The position numbers and the translations under genes were made by a program. Shown here piece after piece: positions 26,780 to 41,400 of a stretch of DNA of 64,000 nucleotides. The notes beneath the pieces are model-generated. The model saw only the letters and a program-made list of their open reading frames with translations. It searched no databases and was not told the origin of the DNA. Numbering within the stretch: the first letter of the stretch is position 1; each line of letters opens with the position of its first letter. The stretch comes from Eledone cirrhosa (taxonomy: Eukaryota), in the NCBI GenBank assembly GCA_964016885.1, contig OZ024743.1, positions 85,312,001 to 85,376,000 on the forward strand, written 5' to 3'.

Positions 26780-29700
26780 TGAGAATGTGTGGTGGAATAC
26801 AGTGAGAATGTGGAATATAGGTGAGAGTGTGGAGTATAGGTGAAAGTGTGAAATATAGGTAAGAGTGTGTGGTGGAATATGGGTGAGAGTGTGGAATATA
26901 GGTGAGAGTGTGTGGAATAAAGGTATGAGTTTGGAATATACGTCAGAATGTGTGGAATATAAGTGAGAGTGTGGAATATAGGTGTGAGTGTGGAATATAG
27001 GTGTGAGTGTGTGGAATAAAGGTGTGAGTGTGTAATATAGGTGTGAGTGTGTGGAATATAGGGGTGGGTGTGTGTAATATAGGTGTGAGTGTGTGTAATA
27101 TAGGTCTGAGTGTGTGGAATAAAGGTGTGAGTGTATAATATAGGTGAGAGTGTGTGGAATATAGATGTGCGTGTGTGGAATATAGGTGTGAGTATGTGGA
27201 ATATAGGTGTGAGTGTGTAATATAGGTGAGAGTGTGTAATATAGGTGAGAGTGTGTGTAATATAGGTGAGAGTGTGTAATATAGGTGTGAGTGTGTAATA
27301 TAGGTGAGAGTGTGTAATATAGGTCTGAGTGTGGAATATAGGTGTGAGTGTGGGGAATATAGGTGTGAGTGTGTAATATAGGTGTGAGTGTGGAATATAG
27401 GTGAGAGTGTGGAATATAGGTGAGAGTGTGGAATATAGGTGTGAGTGTGTAATATAGGTGTGAGTGTGGAATATAGGTGAGAGTGTGTAGAATATAGGTG
27501 AGAGTGTGAAATATAGGTGAGAGTGTGTAATATAGGTGTGAGTGTGTAATATAGGTGTGAGTGTGGGGAATATAGGTGTGAGTGTGGAATATAGGTGAGA
27601 GTGTGGAATATAGGTGAGAGTGTGTAATATAGGTGGGAGTGTGTGTAATATAGGTGAGAGTGTGGAATATAGGTGAGAGTGTGTAATATAGGTGGGAGTG
27701 CGTGTAATATAGGTCAGACTGTGGAATATAGGTTGGAGAGTGTGGAATATAGGTTGGAGGGGTATGGAATATAGGAGAGAGTGTGGAATATAGGTGAGAG
27801 TGTGGAATATAGGTGAGAGTGTGTGGAATATAGGTGAGAGTGTGGAATATAGGTGAGAGTGTGGAATATAGGTGTGAGTGTGTGTAATATAGATGTGAGT
27901 GTGGAATATAGGTGAGTGTGTGTAATATAGGTGTGAGTGTGTGGAATATAGGTGTGAGTATGTAATATAGGTGAGAGTGTGGAATATAGGTGTGAGTGTG
28001 TGTAATATAGATGTGAGTGTGGAATATAGGTGAGTGTGTGTAATATAGGTGTGAGTGTGGGGAATATAGGTGCGAGTGTGGGGAATATAGGTGTGAGTGT
28101 GTAATATAGGTGAGAGTGTGGAATATAGGTGTGAGTGTGTGTAATATAGGTGTGAGTGTGGAATATAGGTGAGTGTGTGTAATATAGGTGTGAGTGTGGA
28201 ATATAGGTGTGAGTATGTAATATAGGTGAGAGTATGTAATATAGGTGAGAGTGTGGAATATAGGTGTGAGTGTGTGTAATATAGGTGTGAGTGTGTGGAA
28301 TATAGGTGTGAGTATGTAATATAGGTGAGAGTGTGGAATATAGGTGTGAGTGTGTGTAATATAGATGTGAGTGTGGAATATAGGTGAGTGTGTGTAATAT
28401 AGGTGTGAGTGTGTGGAATATAGGTGTGAGTATGTAATATAGGTGAGAGTGTGGAATATAGGTGTGAGTGTGTGTAATATAGATGTGAGTGTGGAATATA
28501 GGTGAGTGTGTGTAATATAGGTGTGAGTGTGGGGAATATAGGTGCGAGTGTGGGGAATATAGGTGAGAGTGTGTAATATAGGTGAGAGTGTAGAATATAG
28601 GTGTGAGTGTGTGTAATATAGGTGTGAGTGTGGGGAATATAGGTGTGAGTGTGTAATATAGGTGAGAGTGTGGAATATAGGTGTGAGTGTGTGTAATATA
28701 GGTGTGAGTGTGGAATATAGGTGAGTGTGTGTAATATAGGTGTGAGTGTGGGGAATATAGATATGAGTGTGGGGAATATAGGTGAGAGTGTGGAATATAA
28801 GTGAGAGTGTGTAATATAGGTGTGAGTGTGTAATATAGGTGTGAGTGTGTGTAATATAGGTGTGAGTGTGTGTAATATAGGTGTGAGTGTGTGTAATATA
28901 GGTGTGAGTGTGTGGAATATAGGTGTGAGTGTGTGGAATAAAGGTGTGAGTGTGTAATATAGGTGAGAGTGTGTGGAATATAGATGTGAGTGTGTGTAAT
29001 ATAGGTGTAATATAGATGTGAGTGTGTGTAATATAGGTGTGAGTGTGTGGAATAAAGGTGTGAGTGTGTAATATAGGTGTGAGTGTGTAATATAGGTGGG
29101 AGTGTGTAATATAGGTGGGAGTGTGTGTAATATAGATGTGAGTGTGGAATATAGGTGAGAGTGTGTAATATAGGTGAGAGTGTGTAATATAGGTGAGAGT
29201 GTGGAATATAGGTGAGAGTGTGTGTAATATAGGTGAGAGTGTGGAATATAGGTGAGAGTGTGTAATATAGGTGAGAGTGTGGAATATAGGTGAGAGTGTG
29301 TGTAATATAGGTGAGAGTGTGGAATATAGGTGAGAGTGTGTAATATAGGTGAGAGTGTGTAATATAGGTGAGAGTGTGGAATATAGGTGAGAGTGTGTAA
29401 TATAGGTGAGAGTGTGGAATATAGGTGAGAGCGTGGAATATAGGTGAGAGTGTGTGTAATATAGGTGAGAGTGTGTGGAATATAGGTGAGAGTGTGTGCA
29501 ATATAGGTGAGAGTGTGTGGAATATAGGTGAGAGTGTGTAATATAGGTTGGAGTGTGGAATATAGGTGAGAGTGTGGAATATAGGTGAGAGTGTGTGGAA
29601 TATAGGTGTGAGTGTGTGTAATATAGGTGAGAGTGTGTGGAATATTGGTGTGAGTGTGGTAAAAGGTGAGAGTGTGGAATATAGGTGAGAGTGTGGAATA

Positions 29701-31375
29701 TAGGTGAGAGTGTGTGTAATATAGGTGTGAGTGTGTAAAATAGGTGTGAGTGTGTGGAATATAGGTGTGAGTGTGGAATATAGGTGAGAGTGTGGAATAT
29801 AGGTGTGAGTCTGGGGAATATAGGTGAGAGTGTATGGAATATAGGTGTGAGTGTGTGGAATATAGGTGAGAGTGTGGGGAATATAGGTGAGAGTGTGGAA
29901 TATAGGTGTGGGTGTGTGGAATATAGGTGAGAGTGTGGAATATAGGTGTGGGTGTGTGGAATATAGGTGTGAGTGTGTGGAATATAGGTGTGAGTGTGGA
30001 ATATAGGTGAGAGTGTGGGGAATATAGGTGTGAGTGTGGGGAATATAGGTGAGAGTGTGGGGAATATAGGTGTGAGTGTGTGGAATATAGGTGTGAGTGT
30101 GGAATATAGGTGAGAGTGTGGGGAATATAGGTGAGACTGTGGGGAATATAGGTGAGAGTGTGGGGAATATAGGTGTGAGTGTGGGGAATATAGGTGTGAG
30201 TGTGTGGAATATAGGTGTGAGTGTGGAATATAGGTGAGAGTGTGGAATATAGGTGTGAGTGTGGGGAATATAGGCGTGAGTGTGGGGAATATAGGTGAGA
30301 GTGTGTGGAATATAGGTGTGAGTGTGGAATATAGGTGTGAGTGTGTGTAATATAGGTGAGAGTGTGTGGAATATAGGTGAGAGTGTGGAATATAGGTGAG
30401 TGTGTGTAATATAGGTGAGAGTGTGTGGAATATAGGTGTGAGTGTGTAATATAGGTGTGAGTGTGTGTAATATAGGTGGGAGTGTGTGGAATATAGGTGA
30501 GAGTGTGGAATATAGGTGTGAGTGTGTAATATAGGTGAGAGTGTGTAATATAGGTTGGAGTGTGGAATATAGGTGAGAGTGTGGAATATAGGTGAGAGTG
30601 TGTGGAATATAGGTGTGAGTGTGTAATATAGGTGTGAGTGTGTGTAATATAGGTTGGAGTGTGGAATATAGGTGAGAGTGTGGAATATAGGTGAGAGTGT
30701 GTGTAATATAGGTGTGAGTGTGTAATATAGGTTGGAGTGTGGAATATAGGTGAGAGTGTGGAATATAGGTGAGAGTGTGTGTAATATAGGTGTGAGTGTG
30801 TAATATAGGTTGGAGTGTGGAATATAGGTGAGAGTGTGGAATATAGGTGAGAGTGTGTGTAATATAGGTGTGAGTGTGTGGAATATAGGTGTGAGTGCGA
30901 AATATAGGTGCGAGTGTGAAATATAGGTGTGAGTGTGTGTAATATAGGTGAGAGTGTGTGTAATATAGGTGAGAGTGTGTGGAATATAGGTGAGAGTGTG
31001 TGGAATATAGGTGTGAGTGTGGGGAATATAGGTGTGAGTGTGTGGAATATAGGTGAGAGTGTGGGGAATATAGATGTGAGTGTGTGGAATATAGGTGAGA
31101 GTGTGTGGAATATAGGTGAGAGTATGGAATATAGGTGAGAGTGTGGAATATAGGTGTGAGTGTGGGGAATATAGGTGTGAGTGTGGGGAATATAGGTGAG
31201 AGTGTGGAATATAGGTGTGAGTGTGGGGAATATAGGTGTGAGTGTGGGGAATATAGGTGAGAGTGTGGGGAATGTAGGTGAGAGTGTGGGGAATATAGGT
31301 GAGAGTGTGTGGAATATAGGTGAGAGTGTGTGGAATATAGGTGAGAGTGTGTGGAATATAGGTGTGAGTGTGTGG
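26780..31375. repeat. 4.6-kb 19/21-bp satellite (GTGTGGAATATAGGTGAGA variants)
   Basis: Continuous array filling almost all of HECTD3 intron 26733-31528. Confidence 0.97.
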
Positions 31376-31528
31376 TAGACATAACGTATCTAAGACAACA
31401 TTACTTAATGAGTCCTTTCTTGTTTAAGGGTGTGTTTTGTTTGGCTGCTACATCCAGCAGATGGGTGGAATTTGGAAACAGAATTAAGAAAAACAAGGCA
31501 GAGTAGATTTTGTAAATTAAAAGAATAC

Positions 31529-31618
31529 CTCAGCAGTATCAACTGTAGCAAAGTCCTGGGCCCAGCTGAGGTTTTCACCTGACAGCTGTTTCCACACAAA
31601 TGGAGCTAAAGACAGCAC
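31529..31618 (-). CDS. HECTD3: HECTD3 coding exon (HECT N-lobe)
   Basis: tttgcag|VLSLAPFVWKQLSGENLSWAQDFATVDTAE|GTATTC; 90 nt, phase 0. Confidence 0.95.
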
Positions 31619-31719
31619 CTGCAAAACAGAATGACAGGTTAGCAACATATTATATAGATAGAGTTTACATTAGCAACTTAAGATAATGTTAGATTAGCAA
31701 CTTCTTATACAGACAGAGT

Positions 31720-32553
31720 TGGCTGTGGACAAGTGTACCACCATACATTTTGGGAGGAAAAATCCAGCGTCCACATACTCCCTCCACAACACTGATATCA
31801 AGAAGTCCTCTTGTAAACCTGACCTAGGCATTACTGTCAGCAGGGATTTGCGTTGGACAAAGCACATCTCCAAAATTGTCAAGAAAGCCAAGGGTGTCTT
31901 GGCATCACTCAGCAAGACCTTTGTTAGCCGCTCTGCAGCCATCTATTTAAAGCTGTATACAGCTATGGTACGACCACACTTGGAATTCACATCATCAGTC
32001 TGGAACCCCTATCTTGCTCAGAACATTGACCTCCTGGAAACTGTTTAGAGACGTGCAACCAAGCGCATACCCTCCATCAGACACCTACCATACTCTGAAC
32101 GCCTTGCTTCCCTGGGCATGGATTCATTGAAGCTCCGACGTCTGGCAACTGACTTGGTAAACACCCACAAAGTTATTAACCATCTCGCCAACAACAACCC
32201 TGAGAACCTTTTTGATCTCCATGTGTCTAACACACGTGGACATGCCTACAAAGTCAGAAAACAGCACAGCTCCCATGACTTTTTTCACACTTAGAGTGGC
32301 TGAAGCATGGAACAAACTGCCTGCGTCAGTTGTTAGCTGCCGAGACACTGCATCCTTTAAAACTCTCATGCTTCCCGAAATTCACCAAAACTACACCTGA
32401 TGTACCCCTTCCATACACATGCACACATGTATATCATGACTCATGCACTGTTCATTTTCCTGATGTTTGTACATTACCCTATGTACTATACACTTTTGAT
32501 GAGTTGTAGTGCACCTGAGCACTGTACACAATATTTTCATTATTATTATTATT
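31720..32553 (+). mobile_element. 5'-truncated CR1 copy, same family as 20343-23575, opposite orientation
   Basis: VDKCTTIHFG...RPHLEF..VWNPY...; (ATT)n tail; splits a ~31-bp GGTTAGCAAC minisatellite (31635-31715 and 32555-32790). Confidence 0.92.
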
Positions 32554-32867
32554 AAATTAGCAACATAGTATACAGATAGACTTAGGTTAGCAACACATTA
32601 TACAGATAGACTTAGGTTAGCAACCTATTATAGAGGTAGTTAGCAATTACTTATGCAAATACAGTTAAGTTAGTTATATATAGAGACAGAGTTAAATTAT
32701 CAACCCTTTACACATATAGAGTTAGGTTAGCAACATAGAAAAATTGAGTTGGATTAGCAACTCCTTACACAGATAGAGTTACATTAGCCACCTCTTGCCA
32801 TTTAGTACTACATGGTTAGTTTGATATCTTTGTCATATCTGAAGTTACAACAGCAGCCAGACCTTAA

Positions 32868-33210
32868 GTCACCACAGCCACACCTAATGTCACCACACAC
32901 CACAGCCACACCTAATGTCACCACACACCACAGCCACACCTAATGTCACCACACACCACAGCCACACCTAATGTCACCACACACCACAGCTACACCTAAT
33001 GTCACCACACCACAGTCACACCTAATGTCACTACATCACAGTCACACCTAATGTCACATCACAGCTACACCTGAACTAACAACACACCACAGCTACACCT
33101 GAAGTAACAACACATCACAGCTACACCTGAAGTCACAACACACCACAGTCACACCTAATGTCACCACACCACAGCCACACCTGAAGTAACAACACACCCC
33201 AGTCACACAT
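32868..33210. repeat. 27-29-bp minisatellite
   Basis: CACACCACAGCCACACCTAATGTCAC repeats. Confidence 0.88.
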
Positions 33211-33456
33211 GTTTCACTACCTACACTACAGCTTTTACTTTAGTTCCTTTTGCTCCTTATGGAGCATTGGGTGACTTTTGTAACTTTTGTTAACAAGGTA
33301 TAACACGTCAGCCGGACTCCTACATAATGATGTTTTGAAGGAAGTGATAACATTATTGCAGCTGCATATGTACAGTTTATAGAGGAAGTGGGTTACCGGA
33401 TGTTTTGACTGTTGGTGAAATAAATGGGGAGTTGGATTATACACAATTTTGCTTAA

Positions 33457-33664
33457 CCCTTTAGCATTTAAACCAGCCATATCCAGCCAGAATTCTCTCA
33501 CCTTTTTTTGTTCAAATCAGCCGTAACTAACCACTCAAACTAATGTTAAGGTATTGTTCTCAAAATATATAATATCAAAATCTCATAGATTCAATATTAT
33601 GTGAGATAAAGTATTTACCGCGAAAATACAATAGTAAATATAGAGTTATATAAATGCTAAAGGA
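33457..33664. mobile_element. piggyBac-like MITE
   Basis: TTAA|CCCTTTAGCATTTA ... TAAATGCTAAAGGA|TTAA; 14-bp TIR with 1 mismatch, TTAA on both sides. Confidence 0.75.
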
Positions 33665-34372
33665 TTAATGGAGATAAGGTTTCTAGCCTTGTACTTCATC
33701 TTTCCTCCCTTCTCAGTTTAGATATTACATGCTGTTTAAATATGCAAATGACTATATCTGCTAACCATATTAATTGGCCCCGCTTTTAGGTCAACTGCAG
33801 GGTAATCTTCTACTCTCCTCCATATGTTTTCTTTATTTAGTAGCCTCTTGTAGTAATCCCCTACTGTCAGGAATTGTGACTGATAAATGGTATCAGCAAT
33901 GAAAAGAAAGACAAATGGAAATAGTTTTCTTGTGTATTCTAACAATCAGCTAGTTTCCTTTCCGTTCATGTTTTCAGTTCAAATCCTACCTCCTTCTGCC
34001 AGGAGTTACATCTGGCAGATGGTACTAATATTATAATAATAATAATAATGAAATTATTATTATTATTAGAAAGAGAAACCAATGGAAATATTGCTTTCTT
34101 GGTCTGATCTGATGATAGGCTCCTCACTTTTTATTGGCTACAATCATAGGTCATGTGACTGTCATAGAACTTCAATAATTGATTCAAATATATTTTCTGG
34201 CCATCAAAGGAAGGAGGGGTGATAAAAGAGATAAAATAAAGGGAGTGATAAAAAAGAAAGAGAGAAGATAAAGGAGGGAGAAGTAAAAAATAAAGAAAAG
34301 AATGAAAAAAGAAATATATAGGGGGAAGGGTTAAAAAAATAGAGTAAAAGTAAAGAGAACAATACTTCTTAC

Positions 34373-34495
34373 TAAATTTTCTTTACTGCGGAAACAAGCT
34401 CCCATCAGCTGACCAATCCATTCATATTCAGCAAACCACGTACAGGAAGGATTTGGTATATATGCATCGCGGTTGACATTGGAGTCTTCGTGTAC
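34373..34495 (-). CDS. HECTD3: HECTD3 coding exon (HECT N-lobe)
   Basis: ctacag|[41 protein letters not shown]|GTAAGA; 123 nt, phase 0. Confidence 0.95.
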
Positions 34496-34853
34496 CTGTA
34501 GCATGAATTGAAAATATATTCTGACTTTTGTTTAGTACATACATACACACTCAGGTAGTGAGAGACATACACAGAGAAACTGACAGACACACATACACAG
34601 ACAGTAAAGTGCACCCAGTATACTTTGTAAAGTTGTTGGTATTAGGAAGGGCATCCAACTATAGAAACCATGCAAACGATGGAACATATGTGTAATACAT
34701 GGTTTTTTAGATAGAGAGAGTAGAAAGAGAGTTAGAGAGAGAGAGAGGGAGAGAGAGCTATATAAAGAAAGAATGAGTGTGAGAGTCAAGAATGTTTCTG
34801 AAGAAAATCTTTATTAGTAAAAGAAAATGAATAGAATCTGAATTCTTTTTTAC

Positions 34854-35022
34854 CTGATTTGGTGAGCGTATAAAGCAAGGCAGAGGTACTGCTGTTTCCA
34901 AGCAACTCGGACACAGTTCTTCAGAAATGTCCGATAGGCTGTCCCGAAAACCTCCCCCTTGATCAATAATCCCTTCCATCAAGAATTTACACTCCCACCA
35001 CTGATCATATTTATTGGGCCAA
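34854..35022 (-). CDS. HECTD3: HECTD3 coding exon, start of HECT domain
   Basis: ttcttag|[56 protein letters not shown]|GTAAAA. Confidence 0.97.
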
Positions 35023-35477
35023 CTAAGAAAAAACAGAAAACATACATAATTAGATCATCATCCTCATCCTCATAGATAGAAAGATAAAACTATCTATACA
35101 ACAAAAAGACATGAGGTGAGAAACTAAGTAGTGAGTCAGCCCATATAAACCAATATATATGTGTATAACAATCAAGAAGACTATTTAGTTGTGTCAGGAA
35201 CACCTTCTCTAGTGTTGGTGATCTACATGATAAATGTACCCAGTATATTCTGTAAAGTGGTTGGTGATAGAAGGGGCATTCAGCCGTAGTAAATTTGCCA
35301 AAAAGTTGGGGGGACTCTCTAGATGTCCCATAAACATAACAATCTCCATGGTGTTGGTGCCAGGACAAAAAGCACTTGGTAGAGTGCAGGACTATATACT
35401 AGCTCCCTAGCCCACATGGCGGTCAGAAGCTCCACTGGTCTGTGACATCTTCAAACTTTGCTAGCAGGGAAATACAG

Positions 35478-38400
35478 TGTATGCATTCTAAACCAGATAC
35501 AGCGCTGTGGTATGCCTATTCTAAACTAGATACATTGCTGTGGTATACCTATTCTAAACTAGATACATTGCTGTGGTATGCCTATTCTAAACTAGATACA
35601 TTGCTGTGGTATACCTATTCTAAACTAGATACATTGCTGTGGTATACCTATTCTAAACTAGATACATTGCTGTGGTCTACCTATTCTAAACTAGATACAT
35701 TGCTGTGGTATACCTATTCTAAACCAGATACAGCGCTGTGGTATACCTATTCTAAACTAGATACATTGCTGTGGTATACCTATTCTAAACCAGATACAGC
35801 ACTGTGGGATACCTATTCTAAACTAGATACATTGCTGTGGTATACCTATTCTAAACCAAATGCAGCACTGTGGTATACCTATTCTAAACCAGATACATCG
35901 CTGTGGTATACCTATTCTAAACTAGATACATTGCTGTGGTATACTTATTCTAAACCAGATACATTGCTGTGGTATACCTATTCTAAACCAGATACATTGC
36001 TGTGGTATACTTATTCTAAACTAGATACAGCGCTGTGGTATACCTATTCTAAACCAGATACATTGCTGTGGTATACCTATTCTAAACCAGATACAGCGCT
36101 GTGGTATACCTATTCTAAACCAGATACAGCGCTGTGGTATACCTATTCTAAACTAGATACATTGCTGTGGTATACTTATTTTAAACTAGATACATTGCTG
36201 TGGTATACCTATTCTAAACCAGATACATTGCTGTGGTATACCTATTCTAAACTAGATACATTGCTGTGGTATACCTATTCTAAACCAGATACATTGCTGT
36301 GGTATACCTATTCTAAACTAGATACATTGCTGTGGTATACCTATTCTAAACCAGATACATTGCTGCGGTATACTTATTCTAAACTAGATACATTGCTGTG
36401 GTATACCTATTCTAAACCAGATACATTGCTGCGGTATACTTATTCTAAACTAGATACATTGCTGTGGTATACCTTTTCTAAACCAGATACATTGCTGCGG
36501 TATACTTATTCTAAACTAGATACATTGCTGGGGTATACCTATTCTAAACCAAATACAGCGCTGTGGTGTTCCTATTCTAAACCAGATACATTGCTGCGGT
36601 ATACTTATTCTAAACTAGATACATTGCTGTGGTATACCTATTCTAAACCAGATACATTGCTGCGGTATACTTATTCTAAACTAGATACATTGCTGTGGTA
36701 TACTTATTCTAAACCAGATACATTGCTGTGGTATACCTATTCTAAACCAAATACAGCGCTGTGGTATACCTATTCTAAACCAAATACAGCGCTGTGGTAT
36801 ACCTATTCTAAACCAAATACAGCGCTGTGGTATACCTATTCTAAACCAGATAGATTGCTGTGGTATACCTATTCTAAACTAGATACATTGCTGTGGTATA
36901 CCTATTCTAAACCAGATACATTGCTGCGGTATACTTATTCTAAACCAGATACATTGCTGTGGTATACCTATTCTAAACCAGATACAGCACTGTGGTATAC
37001 CTATTCTAAACCAGATACAGCGCTGTAGTATACCTATTCTAAACTAGATACATTGCTGTGGTATACCTATTCTAAACCAGATACATTGCTGTGGTATACT
37101 TATTCTAAACCAGATACATTGCTGTGGTATACCTATTCTAAACCAGATACAGCGCTGTGGTATACCTATTCTAAACCAGATAAAGCGCTGTGGTATACCT
37201 ATTCTAAACTAGAAACATTGCTGTGGTATACCTATTCTAAACCAGATGCAGCGCTGTGGTATACTTATTCTAAACTATACATTGCTGTGGTATACCTATT
37301 CTAAACCAGATACAGTGCTGTGGTATACCTATTCTAAACTAGATACATTGCTGTGGTATACCTATTCTAAACTAGATACATTGCTGTGGTATACCTATTC
37401 TAAACCAGATACAGCGCTGTGGTATACCTATTCTAAACCAGATACAGCGCTGTGGTATACCTATTCTAAACTAGATACATTGCTGTGGTATACCTATTCT
37501 AAACTAGATACATTGCTGTGGTATACCTATTCTAAACTAGATACATTGCTGTGGTATACCTATTCTAAACCAGATACAGCTGTGGTATACCTATTCTAAA
37601 CTAGATACATTGCTGTGGTATACCTATTCTAAACCAGATACATTGCTGTGGTATACCTATTCTAAACCAGATGCAGCACTGTGGTATACCTATTCTAAAC
37701 CAGATACATTGCTGTGGTATACTTATTCTAAACCAGATACAGCGCTGTGGTATACCTATTCTAAACTAGATACATTGCTGTGGTATACTTATTCTAAACC
37801 AGATACATTGCTGTGGTATACCTATTCTAAACCAGATACATTGCTGTGGTATACCTATTCTAAACCAGATACATTGCTGTGGTATACCTATTCTAAACTA
37901 GATACATTGCTGTGGTATACCTATTCTAAACCAAATACATTGCTGTGGTATACCTATTCTAAACCAGATGCAGCGCTGTGGTATACTTATTCTAAACCAG
38001 ATACATTGCTGTGGTATACCTATTCTAAACCAGATACATTGCTGTGGTATACTTATTCTAAACCAGATACATTGCTGTGGTATACCCATTCTAAACCAGA
38101 TACATTGCTGTGGTATACCTATTCTAAACTAGATACATTGCTATGGTATACTTATTCTAAACCAGATACATTGCTGTGGTATACCTATTCTAAACCAGAT
38201 ACATTGCTGTGGTATACCTATTCTAAACTAGATACATTGCTGTGGTATACTTATTCTAAACCAGATACATCGCTGTGATATACCTATTCTAAACCAGATG
38301 CAGCGCTGTGGTATACTTATTCTAAACCAGATAAAGCGCTGTGGTATACTTATTCTAAACCGGATACATCGCTGTGGTATACTTATTCTAAACCAGATAC

Positions 38401-41400
38401 ATTGCTGTGGTATACCTATTCTAAACTAGATATATTGCTGTGGTATACCTATTCTAAACCAGATACATTGCTGTGGTATACCTATTCTAAACTAGATACA
38501 TTGCTGTGGTATACCTATTCTAAACCAGATACATTGCTGTGGTATAGCTATTCTAAACCAGATGCAGCACTGTGGTATACCTATTCTAAACCAGATACAT
38601 TGCTGTGGTATACTTATTCTAAACCAGATACAGCGCTGTGGTATACCTATTCTAAACTAGATACATTGCTGTGGTATACTTATTCTAAACCAGATACATT
38701 GCTGTGGTATACCTATTCTAAACCAGATACATTGCTGTGGTATGCCTATTCTAAACCAGATACATTGCTGTGGTATACCTATTCTAAACTAGATACATTG
38801 CTGTGGTATACCTATTCTAAATCAAATACATTGCTGTGGTATACCTATTCTAAACCAGATGCAGCGCTGTGGTATACTTATTCTAAACCAGATACATTGC
38901 TGTGGTATACCTATTCTAAACCAGATACATTGCTGTGGTATACTTATTCTAAACCAGATACATTGCTGTGGTATACCCATTCTAAACCAGATACATTGCT
39001 GTGGTATACCTATTCTAAACTAGATACATTGCTATGGTATACTTATTCTAAACCAGATACATTGCTGTGGTATACCTATTCTAAACCAGATACATTGCTG
39101 TGGTATACCTATTCTAAACTAGATACATTGCTGTGGTATACTTATTCTAAACCAGATACATCGCTGTGATATACCTATTCTAAACCAGATGCAGCGCTGT
39201 GGTATACTTATTCTAAACCAGATAAAGCGCTGTGGTATACTTATTCTAAACCGGATACATCGCTGTGGTATACTTATTCTAAACCAGATACATTGCTGTG
39301 GTATACCTATTCTAAACTAGATATATTGCTGTGGTATACCTATTCTAAACCAGAATCATTGCTGTGGTATACCTATTCTAAACTAGATACATTGCTGTGG
39401 TATACCTATTCTAAACCAGATACATTGTTGTGGTATAGCTATTCTAAACCAGATACATTGCTGTGGTATACCTATTCTAAACCAGATGCAGCGCTGTGGT
39501 ATACTTATTCTAAACCAGATAAAGCGCTGTGGTATACTTATTCTAAACCGGATACATTGCTGCGGTATACTTATTCTAAACTAGATACATTGCTGTGGTA
39601 TACTTATTCTAAACTAGATACATTGCTGTGGTATACTTATTCTAAACCAGATACATTGCTGTGGTATACCTATTCTAAACCAGATACATTGCTGCGGTAT
39701 ACTTATTCTAAACCAGATACATTGCTGCGGTATACTTATTCTAAACCAGATACATTGCTGTGGTATACTTATTCTAAACCAGATACATTGCTGTGGTATA
39801 CTTATTCTAAACCAGATACATTGCTGTGGTATACCTATTCTAAACTAGATACATTGCTGTGGTATACCTATTCTAAACCAGATGCAGCACTGTGGTATAC
39901 CTATTCTAAACCAGATACAGCGCTGTGGTATACCTATTCTAAACTAGATACATTGCTGTGGTATACCTATTCTAAACCAGATAAAGCGCTGTGGTATACC
40001 TATTCTAAACTAGAAACATTGCTGTGGTATACCTATTCTAAACTAGATACATTGCTGTGGTATACCTATTCTAAACCAGATACAGCGCTGTGGTATACCT
40101 ATTCTAAACTAGATACATTGCTGTGGTATACCTATTCTAAACTAGATACATTGCTGTGGTAAACCTATTCTAAACCAGATACAGCGCTGTGGTATACCTA
40201 TTCTAAACCAGATACAGCGCTGTGGTATACCTATTCTAAACTAGATACATTGCTGTGGTATACCTATTCTAAACTAGATACATTGCTGTGGTATACCTAT
40301 TCTAAACTAGATACATTGCTGTGGTATACCTATTCTAAACCAGATACAGCTGTGGTATACCTATTCTAAAGTAGATACATTGCTGTGGTATACCTATTCT
40401 AAACCAGATGCAGCACTGTGGTATACCTATTCTAAACCAGATACATTGCTGTGGTATACTTATTCTAAACCAGATACAGCGCTGTGGTATACCTATTCTA
40501 AACTAGATACATTGCTGTGGTATACTTATTCTAAACCAGATACATTGCTGTGGTATACTTATTCTAAACCAGATACATTGCTGTGGTATACCTATTCTAA
40601 ACCAGATACATTGCTGTGGTATACCTATTCTAAACTAGATACATTGCTGTGGTATACCTATTCTAAACCAAATACATTGCTGTGGTATACCTATTCTAAA
40701 CCAGATGCAGCGCTGTGGTATACTTATTCTAAACCAGATACATTGCTGTGGTATACCTATTCTAAACCAGATACATTGCTGTGGTATACTTATTCTAAAC
40801 CAGATACATTGCTGTGGTATACCTATTCTAAACCAGATACATTGCTGTGGTATACTTATTCTAAACCAGATACATTGCTGTGGTATACCCATTCTAAACC
40901 AGATACATTGCTGTGGTATACCTATTCTAAACTAGATACATTGCTGTGGTATACTTATTCTAAACCAGATACATTGCTGTGGTATACCTATTCTAAACCA
41001 GATACATTGCTGTGGTATACCTATTCTAAACTAGATACATTGCTGTGGTATACTTATTCTAAACCAGATACATCGCTGTGATATACCTATTCTAAACCAG
41101 ATGCAGCGCTGTGGTATACTTATTCTAAACAAGATAAAGCGCTGTGGTATACTTATTCTAAACCGGATACATCGCTGTGGTATACTTATTCTAAACCAGA
41201 TACATTGCTGTGGTATACCTATTCTAAACCAGATACATTGCTGTGGTATACCTATTCTAAACTAGATACATTGCTGTGGTATACCTATTCTAAACCAGAT
41301 ACATTGCTGTGGTATACCTATTCTAAACCAGATACATTGCTGTGGTATACCTATTCTAAACCAGATGCAGCGCTGTGGTATACTTATTCTAAACCAGATA

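Noticed and set aside
27714-31382. 1222-aa His/Thr-rich ORF
   Set aside because: Translation of the 19/21-bp satellite, which lacks stops on that strand by composition
33736-33945. ORF with DYPAVD resembling the HECTD3 DFPAVD motif (alternative exon?)
   Set aside because: The true exon at 31529-31618 already supplies this segment; the similarity is too short to support
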